IMG/VR virus record: IMGVR_UViG_3300033075_000545
Span: 1 to 64,000 of that record
DNA from: a virus
Lineage: Duplodnaviria > Caudoviricetes
DNA: 64,000 nt
Strand: one strand, 5' to 3'
Made by a program: the position numbers and the translations under genes. The notes beneath the pieces are model-generated. The model saw nothing but the letters and a program-made list of their open reading frames with translations, was not told the origin of the DNA and made no database searches. Shown in pieces: positions 9,586 through 19,281 of this stretch (position 1 is the first letter of the stretch; each line of letters opens with the position of its first letter).

Positions 9586-11880
9586 ATGCTCGGACGCTAC
9601 CTCGACCTCGGAAACCCGGTCGCCCAGCACCCCCTTAACGAAGGGTTGGTCGCGTGGTGGCTCGGCCTTCCGCACAACTCGGGCAGCAAGACGATTTTTG
9701 ACTTGTGTCGGAAATACGACGGAACGCTAACTGCTTCAAATGGGTTTGTCCCACGGGCACAATCGCAGTTTTTAGGACTCAATACCAGCGTTGCCAATAG
9801 CACGTCATCCGTCGTTCCTACGGCGTTCCCGTCCACTCTTGCGGCAACAGTGATCCCCACGAGTGCGGGGGGAGGATTGCAATCCGCTGTTTGCATCGAC
9901 GGCGGCGGCGGGTGGGCATTTATCGGTATCTTGGTCGGAGGGAATTTCGGTACGTCCATTCGTGGCGGAAGTGATGCCCTTACCAGTTCAGGTGTCGCTG
10001 CCACCAACAATGTCCCAACTCGGTTACTTGCTTCGTTCGAGAATAATGGCAGTGGGACAAACCTCAAGATTTACGTTGACGGGCTGTTGAAGGTAAGCAC
10101 TTCGGTCAGTCCGGTTGCCCCCTTTCCTGCCTTTCCTTCAGCAACTCGAATCGGTAGTCGGAGCGGCAGTTTCAACGGGTTCGCGGGGCAGGTTCACGAC
10201 GTTCGCATCTACAACAAAGTCGTAACGGACGATGACGCCTGGGGCGACTACTGGGAATCCAAGTTCGACCACCCCAACACGCTCAAGTGGTACTCGCCGC
10301 GCGTGTCCGTCTTCGGCGGGTACGTGTCGGGTGGGGGCGAGATCTCCGGTTCGGCGTCTGTCACGCTCGGCGCCCTGTCGCCGTCCGCAACGGGTGCGCT
10401 CGCGATTACTGGCATTTTGACTAAAAGCTTGGATGGGTTAGGCGGAACGCGTACTGGAACTCTCTCAATCAATGGAGTGCTGACAAAGACACTGACGGGG
10501 CTTGCCGGGACCCGAACGGGTACCCTGACGGCAAATGGCACGTTGACCAAAACCCTGACCGATCTATCACGTACGGTCACAGGTGTTTTGACCGTGAATG
10601 GTACCTTAACGCAAACCCTTTCCGGTTTGGGAGGAACGCGTACTGGAACTCTCCCAATTGGTGGCGTGCTAACAAAGACGCTAGCAGGACTTGCTGGAAC
10701 CCGAACTGGTACCTTGGCGGTAAACGGCACGTTGACCAAAACCCTGACCGACCTATCGCGTACGGTCACGGGTGCTTTGACAGTGAATGGTATTCTGGCA
10801 CAGACGCTTTCTGGTTTGGGAGGTACACGTACAGGTTCGCTATCGCTTAATGGAGCCTTAATAAAAACACTAGGTACCGCATCGGTATCAAGTTTCGGGA
10901 TCGCAACATCAGGTGGGCACGTAATTATCACCCTGACCGATTTGGGGAGAGCAATTACCGGCACTATCCCGCTGAATGGGGCGGTGATCGGAACCTTCGG
11001 CAACACAACAACCAATGGCGTCGGAACCGTTGCGATTCAAGGCTCGGTAATCAAAGTGTTGGCGGGACTTAGTAAGTCGGTTACGGGAACTCTTACAGTC
11101 GGAGGCACCTTAACCCAAACGTTTTCACCAACTGCGCTTTCTAGTATCGCACAAGCACAGATCGCCGCATCACTCGCTCAGGCGATGGCTCCCGTGTCGC
11201 GAACCATCACAGGACTTCTGAGTATCCTCGGGGTTACGTCACGTACATTGTCTAGTGTAACGAATACCGCTACAGGTACGTTGCCGATAGTAGGCGATGT
11301 AGCAGAGCTATTGAACGCAGCATCCCTGACAAGTACAGGTACCGTACCGCTCAATGGTGCTGTAACGACATTGCTCTCACCTTTGGAATTGTGGGGCGTG
11401 AGTGCGATTCCGGTTATAGCGACACTTTCACAGTTCACAGCGGGTTTGGATCGTACGATTTATGGCACCGGGCTGGATCAGATCGGCAGCGATCTGGTGG
11501 TTACGCTTGCCCCCGCTGTTCTACGATCTACCTATGTCGACATCAATGCGGGCCCGTGGCAGTGGGTTGTCCGGACCTCGCTTGGTAAGTTCGTTGCACA
11601 GCGCGTAACGCCACCCCCATACAACCTGGTTGCTGATGCTGTTATGGGCGGCGTATCCTTGAATTGGGTACTGGTATTGGGTTACCCATACGTTAAAAAT
11701 ATCGTCGTCGAACGATCAGAGGATAACGTGACGTTTACGACCCTGGAAACAGTGCCCGGGGCTCCGACAATGTATGCAGATGTTACAACAGTACCGGGAT
11801 CAGTCTACTATTACCGTATCCGGGCACTCGGGAATCAGCTATCTTCAGGCTTATCTGACACCGTGGAAGTTACGGCGTAA
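9586..11880 (+). CDS. LamG/ConA-like domain fibre protein with 21-aa repeats and C-terminal FN3-like domain
   Basis: GLVAWW, KIYVDG, RIG..FAGQVHDVRIYN (LamG); repeat stalk; VERSED..PGSVYYYRIRA (FN3). Confidence 0.75.
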   Translation: MLGRYLDLGNPVAQHPLNEGLVAWWLGLPHNSGSKTIFDLCRKYDGTLTASNGFVPRAQSQFLGLNTSVANSTSSVVPTAFPSTLAATVIPTSAGGGLQSAVCIDGGGGWAFIGILVGGNFGTSIRGGSDALTSSGVAATNNVPTRLLASFENNGSGTNLKIYVDGLLKVSTSVSPVAPFPAFPSATRIGSRSGSFNGFAGQVHDVRIYNKVVTDDDAWGDYWESKFDHPNTLKWYSPRVSVFGGYVSGGGEISGSASVTLGALSPSATGALAITGILTKSLDGLGGTRTGTLSINGVLTKTLTGLAGTRTGTLTANGTLTKTLTDLSRTVTGVLTVNGTLTQTLSGLGGTRTGTLPIGGVLTKTLAGLAGTRTGTLAVNGTLTKTLTDLSRTVTGALTVNGILAQTLSGLGGTRTGSLSLNGALIKTLGTASVSSFGIATSGGHVIITLTDLGRAITGTIPLNGAVIGTFGNTTTNGVGTVAIQGSVIKVLAGLSKSVTGTLTVGGTLTQTFSPTALSSIAQAQIAASLAQAMAPVSRTITGLLSILGVTSRTLSSVTNTATGTLPIVGDVAELLNAASLTSTGTVPLNGAVTTLLSPLELWGVSAIPVIATLSQFTAGLDRTIYGTGLDQIGSDLVVTLAPAVLRSTYVDINAGPWQWVVRTSLGKFVAQRVTPPPYNLVADAVMGGVSLNWVLVLGYPYVKNIVVERSEDNVTFTTLETVPGAPTMYADVTTVPGSVYYYRIRALGNQLSSGLSDTVEVTA
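10441..10830 (+). repeat. 63-bp coding repeat organised as a 189-bp higher-order duplication
   Basis: 10441-10629 is closely similar to 10630-10818 (GGTRTGTL..GLAGTRTGTL..DLSRTVTG..). Confidence 0.85.
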
Positions 11881-11894
11881 CGAGGGCCTGTCTG

Positions 11895-12695
11895 ATGCTC
11901 CGGAAGATGGTTGCCGGGTCCGTCTCACAGGCGGTTCCGGTTTTTGTACAGAGTGCATCCAGTGCAGCCAACGGTGGCTTGGGTGGACTGGTGTTTAATA
12001 CGGCGGGGCTCATCTGTAGATATCGACGTCAAGGACAGTCGTCGTGGACTGCTGTTTCGCTTGTGTCCGGGACGCTCGGTACGTGGGCGGCAGGCGCATT
12101 CACCGCGGACGCATCGACAGGTTGGTACGAACTAGGGATCCCCGACGCGGCGCTCGTTGCTGGTGCCGAATGGGTGCAGATTGAACTGTCTGGGGCCCCG
12201 GATATGACACCCAGTCGGGTATTTATCGAACTCGACACAATCAATTATCAAGTCCCATCGGGGTACCTCCCTACAAACACTGTTCAATTAGCCGGTGTGG
12301 CGGCGGAGCCCAGCAATGTCGCGGAAGACGTCTGGAGTTACGCAGACCGAACACTTACGTCTATGGCGGATAACACCGCAGACATTACGAGCGCGGTTAC
12401 TGCAGCTCTCCCGAGCGTTGCAGATGTCGTCCCGCAGGTGCTTGGAACAACCATGTTGACCGTTACACCCTCCGGCAGATACGTTGACGAGAACGGTAAT
12501 ACAATCAGCACCATGACGGTACATCAGTTGTTGATCGCACTTTTTGTCACCATGTGTGGGGACCGGACTGGAGTAGGGACGTCGGCAATTACGACACACA
12601 TGCCTGGATACGGCGACTGTACACTCACCGCCCAACGAGTGTCGGCGTCCATAATCGAGGCAACTATTCGGTTCCCCACGGATTATTCGCACTAA
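11895..12695 (+). CDS. Virion structural protein (paralog of 7010-7756)
   Basis: GWYEL, VWSYADRTLTS, TVHQLL..LFV.M.GDR.GVGT...PG.GDCT shared with 7010-7756. Confidence 0.6.
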   Translation: MLRKMVAGSVSQAVPVFVQSASSAANGGLGGLVFNTAGLICRYRRQGQSSWTAVSLVSGTLGTWAAGAFTADASTGWYELGIPDAALVAGAEWVQIELSGAPDMTPSRVFIELDTINYQVPSGYLPTNTVQLAGVAAEPSNVAEDVWSYADRTLTSMADNTADITSAVTAALPSVADVVPQVLGTTMLTVTPSGRYVDENGNTISTMTVHQLLIALFVTMCGDRTGVGTSAITTHMPGYGDCTLTAQRVSASIIEATIRFPTDYSH

Positions 12696-12705
12696 CGAGG
12701 GACCC

Positions 12706-13656
12706 ATGGCTGAGTCCAGCGACAACCTTCTCGATGATTTCTTCGGACCGCTCAACCCGACGTGGGACCCAACTCCGTCGCGCCGCGTTATTACGGTCGC
12801 GACCTCGAAACTCTACGACGATCCTCTGTACGGCAAAACTCGAGGGGTCAAATACGACCAAGGTCTCACGGCATGGGTCAAACTGCCTCTGACTTCTGAA
12901 ACAACTGGTGCGCCTGTTACGATTGCGCTCGGAAACTATTCTTCGGCGCCGGTTGTGGATGTCCGCATCCGTGAGGCGTCTGGTGCCGACCCTCGCGTTT
13001 ATGAACCCGACGTTCCGGCTGAACTCGCGGATTCGGGTACTGCTGTTATGTTTGCAGTCCCACCCGAAGTCGCCAACATGTCGGGCGTGTTCCGAGCGCA
13101 GATCCGGGTCGTGGATGCACAGTCGATTGAAAAGACGCGCGACGAGTTCTGGATTTATGTGGATCGAGGGTTGTGGACTACTACTGGAGATATGCCACAA
13201 GATATCGGTCCGCCGACATTCTCCGAAGTTCGTACAGCGATGCGAGATCACCCTGTTGCTAACCGCCTATTGGCGGAATACGAGTTTGACCCCGCAGAAA
13301 TCGGTATGGCTGTTGTATCTGCGGTGCAGCGTTTTAACGGCGAGCTTCCGCCGCTGCCACGTCAGTTTCTAATGTCGACGATCAACCTCCCAGGGGCGTG
13401 GCGCCGGCAACTATTAAATGGTACCTTGTCGTATCTGTTTGAAACCGCTGCAACGTACTTCCGCCGGGGAGACCTTCCGTATAACTCGGGCGGCTTGGCA
13501 GTCAACGACCTGGCGAAGAATAAAGATTACCAACAAGCCATCGATCGGCTCCGGGAGGAGTTTTTGCGGTGGATTAAACTGACGCGGATGTCGATCAACC
13601 TGGCTGCGGCCCACGGCTCGGTAGGGTCTGGGTTTCCTGCCTTCCCCACGTATTGA
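12706..13656 (+). CDS. Putative head-tail adaptor/neck protein
   Basis: Position; helical C-terminal region with YNSGGLAVND typical of adaptors. Confidence 0.5.
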   Translation: MAESSDNLLDDFFGPLNPTWDPTPSRRVITVATSKLYDDPLYGKTRGVKYDQGLTAWVKLPLTSETTGAPVTIALGNYSSAPVVDVRIREASGADPRVYEPDVPAELADSGTAVMFAVPPEVANMSGVFRAQIRVVDAQSIEKTRDEFWIYVDRGLWTTTGDMPQDIGPPTFSEVRTAMRDHPVANRLLAEYEFDPAEIGMAVVSAVQRFNGELPPLPRQFLMSTINLPGAWRRQLLNGTLSYLFETAATYFRRGDLPYNSGGLAVNDLAKNKDYQQAIDRLREEFLRWIKLTRMSINLAAAHGSVGSGFPAFPTY

Positions 13657-13659
13657 CCT

Positions 13660-15117
13660 ATGCCCGACATCGTCGATTTGCTGTACACCACCGACAGCGG
13701 ACCGGGGTATGCCTTCTCACAGGAGGTCCCGGCCGCGAGTATTGGTGGGTTCGCGTCCAATACTCCGTATCTTGGCGGTGCGACGGGGGATTTGTTCGGA
13801 CAATCGTCGAGTGTCGATCTCGATAACGCGCGTGCGGATTACCGGTGCTTGTACGTCTACAATCCGAGTTATACGTCGGGATTGACCGATGTACGGATTC
13901 ATATGGTCTCCGTGTCTCCCGGATCCGCAGCTACAACGATTGGTGTAGATCCACGACCGGTGACCGCTGTGGACTCATCCGCAGCACAAGCCGTCGAGCC
14001 TGTGTCGATTTACGCTGCACCTGGGGGTGTCACGTTTACAGCTCCGTCATCGTATGCGAGCGGGATACCGTTAGGTAATCTTGGCGTTCGTATGGGGCGG
14101 GCGATTTGGATCCGTCGCGTTCCTGTTTCTTCGGGCAGCTCCGCAGCAGAATCCATTGACGTCGTGATCTCAAACGGTGTGGGAACTGTTCTCCGTCGTG
14201 TGTATTGGTCCACAGAAGTCTCTTCAACCCCCTCCGCGCCCTATCGGGTCCCAACGTACGTCCCTACCCCGACGCCAGTTCGTCGCGTGAATGTCGATTT
14301 TGTTACGTCAGGAAACTCGCGAATTACGTGGGAGGTCGATCGTGCTTTTGGCGAGCGAGGACCATACCGCTACCAACTGCAATGTTCTCAATCGGGCGGT
14401 GCAAACGCTACCGATTGGATTGATGTGGGCCCGCCCGTTCAGGATGCGGTGTATCTAATCGATCCAGAACGGCGGTTGTGGGGTGTATCGTCAACACTGC
14501 ACTACCGCATCATTCTCAACACCGCCGATGGGCACGCGTATACGTCTCCGTCCGCTAACGTTTACGGCATGTTGAACAAAGAGCAGTGGTTGATTGTGCG
14601 TGAAGTGTACCGCAAAGAGAGTCTTATGCTCCGGCGGTTTACCGGAGTCAAAGGGTATCTTCTCAAAGCCAAGCGTTACGGAACGCCGTGCACTTGTGTC
14701 GATCCAGTTTCATACGAGATTGAAAACTCGTCGTGCCCTGACTGTTACGGAACTGGTATTTTGGGTGGGTATGAGACTCCCATCCCTTATTCACTGGTGG
14801 ATACGGGTAACGAGTCGTTCAAGGAACGGGTTGCCTACAACGAGAACCTGGGGACAATTGGCGATGCTGTGAACATCAAAGGTCGTGCCCTAGCGTTCCT
14901 TCCACTGGTCCATCGAGATGCTTGGATCGCAGAAGGTTCAGATCGTCGGTACTATATTCATAGAGTGGCCGCAATTTCTGCCAGGCTTGGTGTTCCGATT
15001 GTTTACGACGTGGAGTTGAGATTCGCGGCTCGATCGGATGTACTATACACCTTACCGATCATCCGCCCGCCGGACGACCCGCCGTATTGGCAAGTAACCG
15101 AAACCATCCCGGTTTGA
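13660..15117 (+). CDS. Putative neck/head-closure protein with Zn-finger
   Basis: CTC..CPDCYGTGILGGY motif; position between adaptor and tail genes. Confidence 0.5.
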   Translation: MPDIVDLLYTTDSGPGYAFSQEVPAASIGGFASNTPYLGGATGDLFGQSSSVDLDNARADYRCLYVYNPSYTSGLTDVRIHMVSVSPGSAATTIGVDPRPVTAVDSSAAQAVEPVSIYAAPGGVTFTAPSSYASGIPLGNLGVRMGRAIWIRRVPVSSGSSAAESIDVVISNGVGTVLRRVYWSTEVSSTPSAPYRVPTYVPTPTPVRRVNVDFVTSGNSRITWEVDRAFGERGPYRYQLQCSQSGGANATDWIDVGPPVQDAVYLIDPERRLWGVSSTLHYRIILNTADGHAYTSPSANVYGMLNKEQWLIVREVYRKESLMLRRFTGVKGYLLKAKRYGTPCTCVDPVSYEIENSSCPDCYGTGILGGYETPIPYSLVDTGNESFKERVAYNENLGTIGDAVNIKGRALAFLPLVHRDAWIAEGSDRRYYIHRVAAISARLGVPIVYDVELRFAARSDVLYTLPIIRPPDDPPYWQVTETIPV

Positions 15118-15118
15118 T

Positions 15119-15787
15119 ATGCCTGACGTAAATTACGACGCCGATCCTATTCGCCCCGGCGCGGCACCTACGTTAAGTATTACCGGGGCAGGGTTAGGCG
15201 ATCTCGCCGCGCAGCAGCCTATGTGCGTGCGGATGACAGATGCTCTCGTATCGTGGCTCCGATACCATTTTTCCGCTGTGTCGCGAATTGAGTATCCGAA
15301 CCTGACGAGTCGTGTGTACAACGACAATCAAGAAGTCACCCAGATCGTCATTGATTCTTTAGCTGCGTGGAAACCTCAAAGGTCAGGAAACCGCCCGGCG
15401 ATATTGGTTGATCGTCTGGATCAAGAAAAGGATATGGCCCATCGAGTTATTGGTGACCAGTTTCAAGGCGTCAAAGAAGGATTTTTCTGGCATCTTATGC
15501 AAGGCGCCCACGTGGTGCACTGTATTGGCGGACGAGAGGGTGAGGCAGAAATTCTAGCATCTGAAGTGTGGCGAGAGTTGGTCCGGTTTGGTCCAGTTGC
15601 TCGACAGGCGCTGTGTCTGATGCGTTTTCTCCCTGTAAAGTGGGGAAAACGTGTACAATTGGATGAGTATAAAGAACACTACTCCGTGCCCGTCGTCTGT
15701 ACGTACACGTACGAAGAGACGTGGCGGATCCGTCCTCTCGACGAAGCCGAGATCACCGGTATCGCGTTGGGACTTACAGTACCGTAA
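15119..15787 (+). CDS. Putative tail terminator/completion protein
   Basis: Directly before the sheath gene; RPAILVDR motif. Confidence 0.45.
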   Translation: MPDVNYDADPIRPGAAPTLSITGAGLGDLAAQQPMCVRMTDALVSWLRYHFSAVSRIEYPNLTSRVYNDNQEVTQIVIDSLAAWKPQRSGNRPAILVDRLDQEKDMAHRVIGDQFQGVKEGFFWHLMQGAHVVHCIGGREGEAEILASEVWRELVRFGPVARQALCLMRFLPVKWGKRVQLDEYKEHYSVPVVCTYTYEETWRIRPLDEAEITGIALGLTVP

Positions 15788-15860
15788 TTTCGCTAGTTTA
15801 TTTCTCGTTGGTTAGTTATCGTAATCGTTGTCACATGCGACGAGTAAACCGAGGGCGTCC

Positions 15861-18650
15861 ATGAAAAAGGTATTGTCCGCGTCCGACGCGGTACGGCGAG
15901 CCGATCAGGTCAATCGCGGCCTGCTGTCGTCGCTGCGCCCTCTTATTATGGGGCCCCGCGCTGCTTTGCACCGCTACTCCGAAGTGGGTGAGCGCGCACT
16001 TTTGGCGACATACGACATCCTCGCGGATCACACCTACGCATATCCCGGCAAGGCTACGGGTTCGACGGTAGACCTGTCGTACGTGTCCCTGTACGCTTCT
16101 ACTGCAGATTTGAACTACTTTAACAAGTACGTCGGATCCAACGGTAGCTGTCAACCGTCTTCGGCCTACCCGAACCGCGTGCGGGCGGCTAACTACGTCT
16201 TCCAGACCGCCAACGGGACGTCGCGGTCAGCAGACTTCTACGACCGAGATGTCAAGGTCGGAGACATCGTCTACGTCCGCGGTAACAGCGGCGGGACTGT
16301 GGAGCTCACGACGTCTGTCACAGGGTTTATCGGTGAGACGGTAGCCGCCGTAACCGCTGCCGCGACGTCGGACACTAATAATCCTGCAACGCAGATTGCA
16401 GCCGCCAACGTTACGCAAACTGCCGACACCCCGATCAACGACGTCGTTGTGACTGTGGACGGGTCGGCATACGACTCCGTGGACGACGGGTACATCAACC
16501 GGACCTATACGGTTACGGTAACGCAGTCCTCGACTGGCGGTGATGCGACTACGGGTCGGTTGCGGGTTCGATCCTCGGATGGGTTGGAGTCGATTGATAA
16601 CGTAGTCCCCGCGACGTTTGGGTCCCCGACGACTATCGGCACGAAGGGCCTCACGCTCACATTTGACATTGATAGCGTTCACTCCTCGGCGTCTCTGTTC
16701 GGAATCGCAGAGCAGGATTTCGTTGTTGGGCAGCAATGGGTTTGTAACGTCTCTCAGGCGTTTACAAAACCCGCTCCGACCTCGGCCGGTACATACACAG
16801 GAACGCAAAGCACGACTTACGTTGTGACTGTGTCTCTTGGTGGGACGTACTCCGGTTCACAGCCGCAAATTACCATCACGTCCAGCAACGGGTACGACCA
16901 GTCGGGTCCGACAACTGTAACTGCTGCTGCAACGCCGGTAGCTATCGGTAACTATGGGGTTACCGTTGCGTTCAGCGGTACCAAGCTCCGCAAGGGGGAC
17001 AAGTACTACGTTGTCGCTACCGCAGCATCTTCGGGGGCAATCAAGACTCTGGTTCTCAAGGACGATGTCCCTGCTGCGATCCGTGGTACCGAAGTCGATC
17101 TTCGGTTGTTTGCTCGTCGTACAAGCCTTAGCATCCCGAAGGTTCGGACGGTACCGACGAATGCGACCAACTGGTCGCTTGACGCCAACGGCGTCACGGT
17201 CAAAGCCGCCATCAAGGTTCTCGACTCGGAGTTTACCGACAGCGGGACTATGTTTGCAGTCCCGATCGAAAACGCGATCCTTTACGTAAACTACCGCGAG
17301 TGGGTTACGGATGGTGCCGCGACGAAGGTTGTGCTGAACCGGACTACGGATGTGGCTGCAGCTCTGGGTACAGTGACTCCAGATAATCCCTTAGCGTATG
17401 CTGCGTATCAGGCACTCTTGAATACTGCAGGGGAGCTGGAAGGGGATCCGACGTTCCCGGCCGCAGCGACAACGGATGAGGTGATGTGCCTCCCGTTAGG
17501 CGGCGATCCGACTACCGCAGCATTGTGGACCACGGCGTTGCAAGCGATCGAGAACGAAGAGGATGCGTATCAGCTTGTTCCGTTGACGACAGATGCAACC
17601 ATCCTTAATACGGTCCGCGACCACGTCGAAGCTCAGAGCACGACAAACGTCGGGTTCTATCGGGTGGCATGGGTCCCGTCGACAGTAAACGAAACTGCCG
17701 CAATCGTGTCGGCTGCAACGTCTACCGACGACGAGGCTGTAACTGCAACGATCGCAACTAACGGTGCGGGGCAGTTTACAATCGTAACGGCGTCTGCAAA
17801 CGCTCAATTCGTCACGAACGCAGTCCGAGCTGGGGATACCCTCCGTATCAACTACGGTGTGGATGCGTTCGGTACTACTACATACGACTCGTACACTGTT
17901 GCCTCCGTTACGTCGCAAACTACGTTGGTACTATCCAGCGGTCCGGTCGCTGCTATCACTGTCGGCGTTATGTGCGAGGTATGGCGGACGTACACAAAAG
18001 ACGAGTTGGTTACTCAACTTACGTCTCGAGCGGCTGCTTTGGGGTCTGATCGTGTACGTATGGTGTGGCCAGACACCGTTGGTTTCGGTGGCGTTTCGCT
18101 AAGCGGTTATCACCTGTGCGCGTCTCTTGCGGGCCTTGCTGGTAGCATCCCGAGCCACCAGGGGCTTGCCAACGTGAGCTTCGCTGGGGTGGACGACGTA
18201 ACGCGATCGAGTCGATACTTCACAAACTCCCAACTGGCTTCTCTGGCAGTGGGAGGTGTGTTTGTCGTTACTCAAACCCCTGATGGTGTCCCGTACGTCT
18301 TTAAGCCGTACACCACAGACCCGACGTCGGCTTCGACACAAGAGGAGTCCATCGTTCGGAATGCTGACATGCTGCGAAAGGCTGTCCTGGACGCGTGGGC
18401 TGTGTATATCGGCTCTGGTAACATGATTAGCAACATCCGCCAGTTGTTGGATGGCGCGCTTGTCACCCTCGTGAACCAACTGAAGTCGGCCAACAACGTA
18501 CAGCAGTTGGGACCTCCGATTGCCAACTTGTCGATCGATTCGTTGATGACCTCAACGGACGACCCGCGACTGTTGGACGTTACCCTAAACATGGTCGGCA
18601 TGCCGGCCCCGCTCAACCAGATTCGGCTGAGCCTGCCGATCACCGTCTAA
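15861..18650 (+). CDS. Tail sheath protein (large, with inserted domains)
   Basis: C-terminal sheath motifs RVRMVWP, ASLAGL, HQGLAN, EESIVRNAD, PAPLNQI; followed by tube-sized gene. Confidence 0.75.
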   Translation: MKKVLSASDAVRRADQVNRGLLSSLRPLIMGPRAALHRYSEVGERALLATYDILADHTYAYPGKATGSTVDLSYVSLYASTADLNYFNKYVGSNGSCQPSSAYPNRVRAANYVFQTANGTSRSADFYDRDVKVGDIVYVRGNSGGTVELTTSVTGFIGETVAAVTAAATSDTNNPATQIAAANVTQTADTPINDVVVTVDGSAYDSVDDGYINRTYTVTVTQSSTGGDATTGRLRVRSSDGLESIDNVVPATFGSPTTIGTKGLTLTFDIDSVHSSASLFGIAEQDFVVGQQWVCNVSQAFTKPAPTSAGTYTGTQSTTYVVTVSLGGTYSGSQPQITITSSNGYDQSGPTTVTAAATPVAIGNYGVTVAFSGTKLRKGDKYYVVATAASSGAIKTLVLKDDVPAAIRGTEVDLRLFARRTSLSIPKVRTVPTNATNWSLDANGVTVKAAIKVLDSEFTDSGTMFAVPIENAILYVNYREWVTDGAATKVVLNRTTDVAAALGTVTPDNPLAYAAYQALLNTAGELEGDPTFPAAATTDEVMCLPLGGDPTTAALWTTALQAIENEEDAYQLVPLTTDATILNTVRDHVEAQSTTNVGFYRVAWVPSTVNETAAIVSAATSTDDEAVTATIATNGAGQFTIVTASANAQFVTNAVRAGDTLRINYGVDAFGTTTYDSYTVASVTSQTTLVLSSGPVAAITVGVMCEVWRTYTKDELVTQLTSRAAALGSDRVRMVWPDTVGFGGVSLSGYHLCASLAGLAGSIPSHQGLANVSFAGVDDVTRSSRYFTNSQLASLAVGGVFVVTQTPDGVPYVFKPYTTDPTSASTQEESIVRNADMLRKAVLDAWAVYIGSGNMISNIRQLLDGALVTLVNQLKSANNVQQLGPPIANLSIDSLMTSTDDPRLLDVTLNMVGMPAPLNQIRLSLPITV

Positions 18651-18666
18651 CGCGAGGGCATCGAGC

Positions 18667-19266
18667 ATGGACCTTTTTGGGCGACAGGATCAGGTGCTCA
18701 ACGGCGGGTTGAGCAGCGACGGCATGTTCGTAACGTGGCCTTCGTTGGCTACCGTTACGAACGGCGGTGTCGGTTTGCTCATCCAGCAGACCTCGTTCGA
18801 CTACCGTCAACCCGTACGGCGGATCTTCGAGATTGGGCCGGGTGTAATTCCGGTAGGGTTCTTCGGTTTGACGGTCAACGTCGACGCGTCGTTTTGCGAC
18901 GGGTCGAGTTTGACCCCAGATCAGGTTGAACAGTGTCAATATCGCGCACAACCTACCTATTACATTATCGGGCGTCCAGAGGGGTCGCTCCAAATGGGCC
19001 GATTCGTCGGTCCTAATGCCCTCTCTACATGTTTCTACCGCACGTATGGTAACCCTTGCGGATCGAATGATATGATCCTCTCGGGCAAGGCCGGGTGTAA
19101 CGCGACGGATGCGTCCGCCAAGAAGATGACCTGGACGTTGAACGGCGTACTGCTGAACGGTGTCTCGGTCGATCTTAACGGACAGGAGATGGTTATTCAG
19201 GAGAAATTGACGGCGATGTTTGTCGGTCTCAACATCGCAATCCAGGGTGACACACAGCAGTGCTAA
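18667..19266 (+). CDS. Putative tail tube protein
   Basis: 199 aa after the sheath; YRQPVRRIFEIG motif. Confidence 0.65.
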   Translation: MDLFGRQDQVLNGGLSSDGMFVTWPSLATVTNGGVGLLIQQTSFDYRQPVRRIFEIGPGVIPVGFFGLTVNVDASFCDGSSLTPDQVEQCQYRAQPTYYIIGRPEGSLQMGRFVGPNALSTCFYRTYGNPCGSNDMILSGKAGCNATDASAKKMTWTLNGVLLNGVSVDLNGQEMVIQEKLTAMFVGLNIAIQGDTQQC

Positions 19267-19281
19267 TGAAAGGACGCAACG

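Noticed and set aside
9586-11880. Diversity-generating retroelement target or CRISPR array
   Set aside because: The repeats are in-frame coding repeats without spacers; no reverse transcriptase or adenine-specific TR/VR pair was seen
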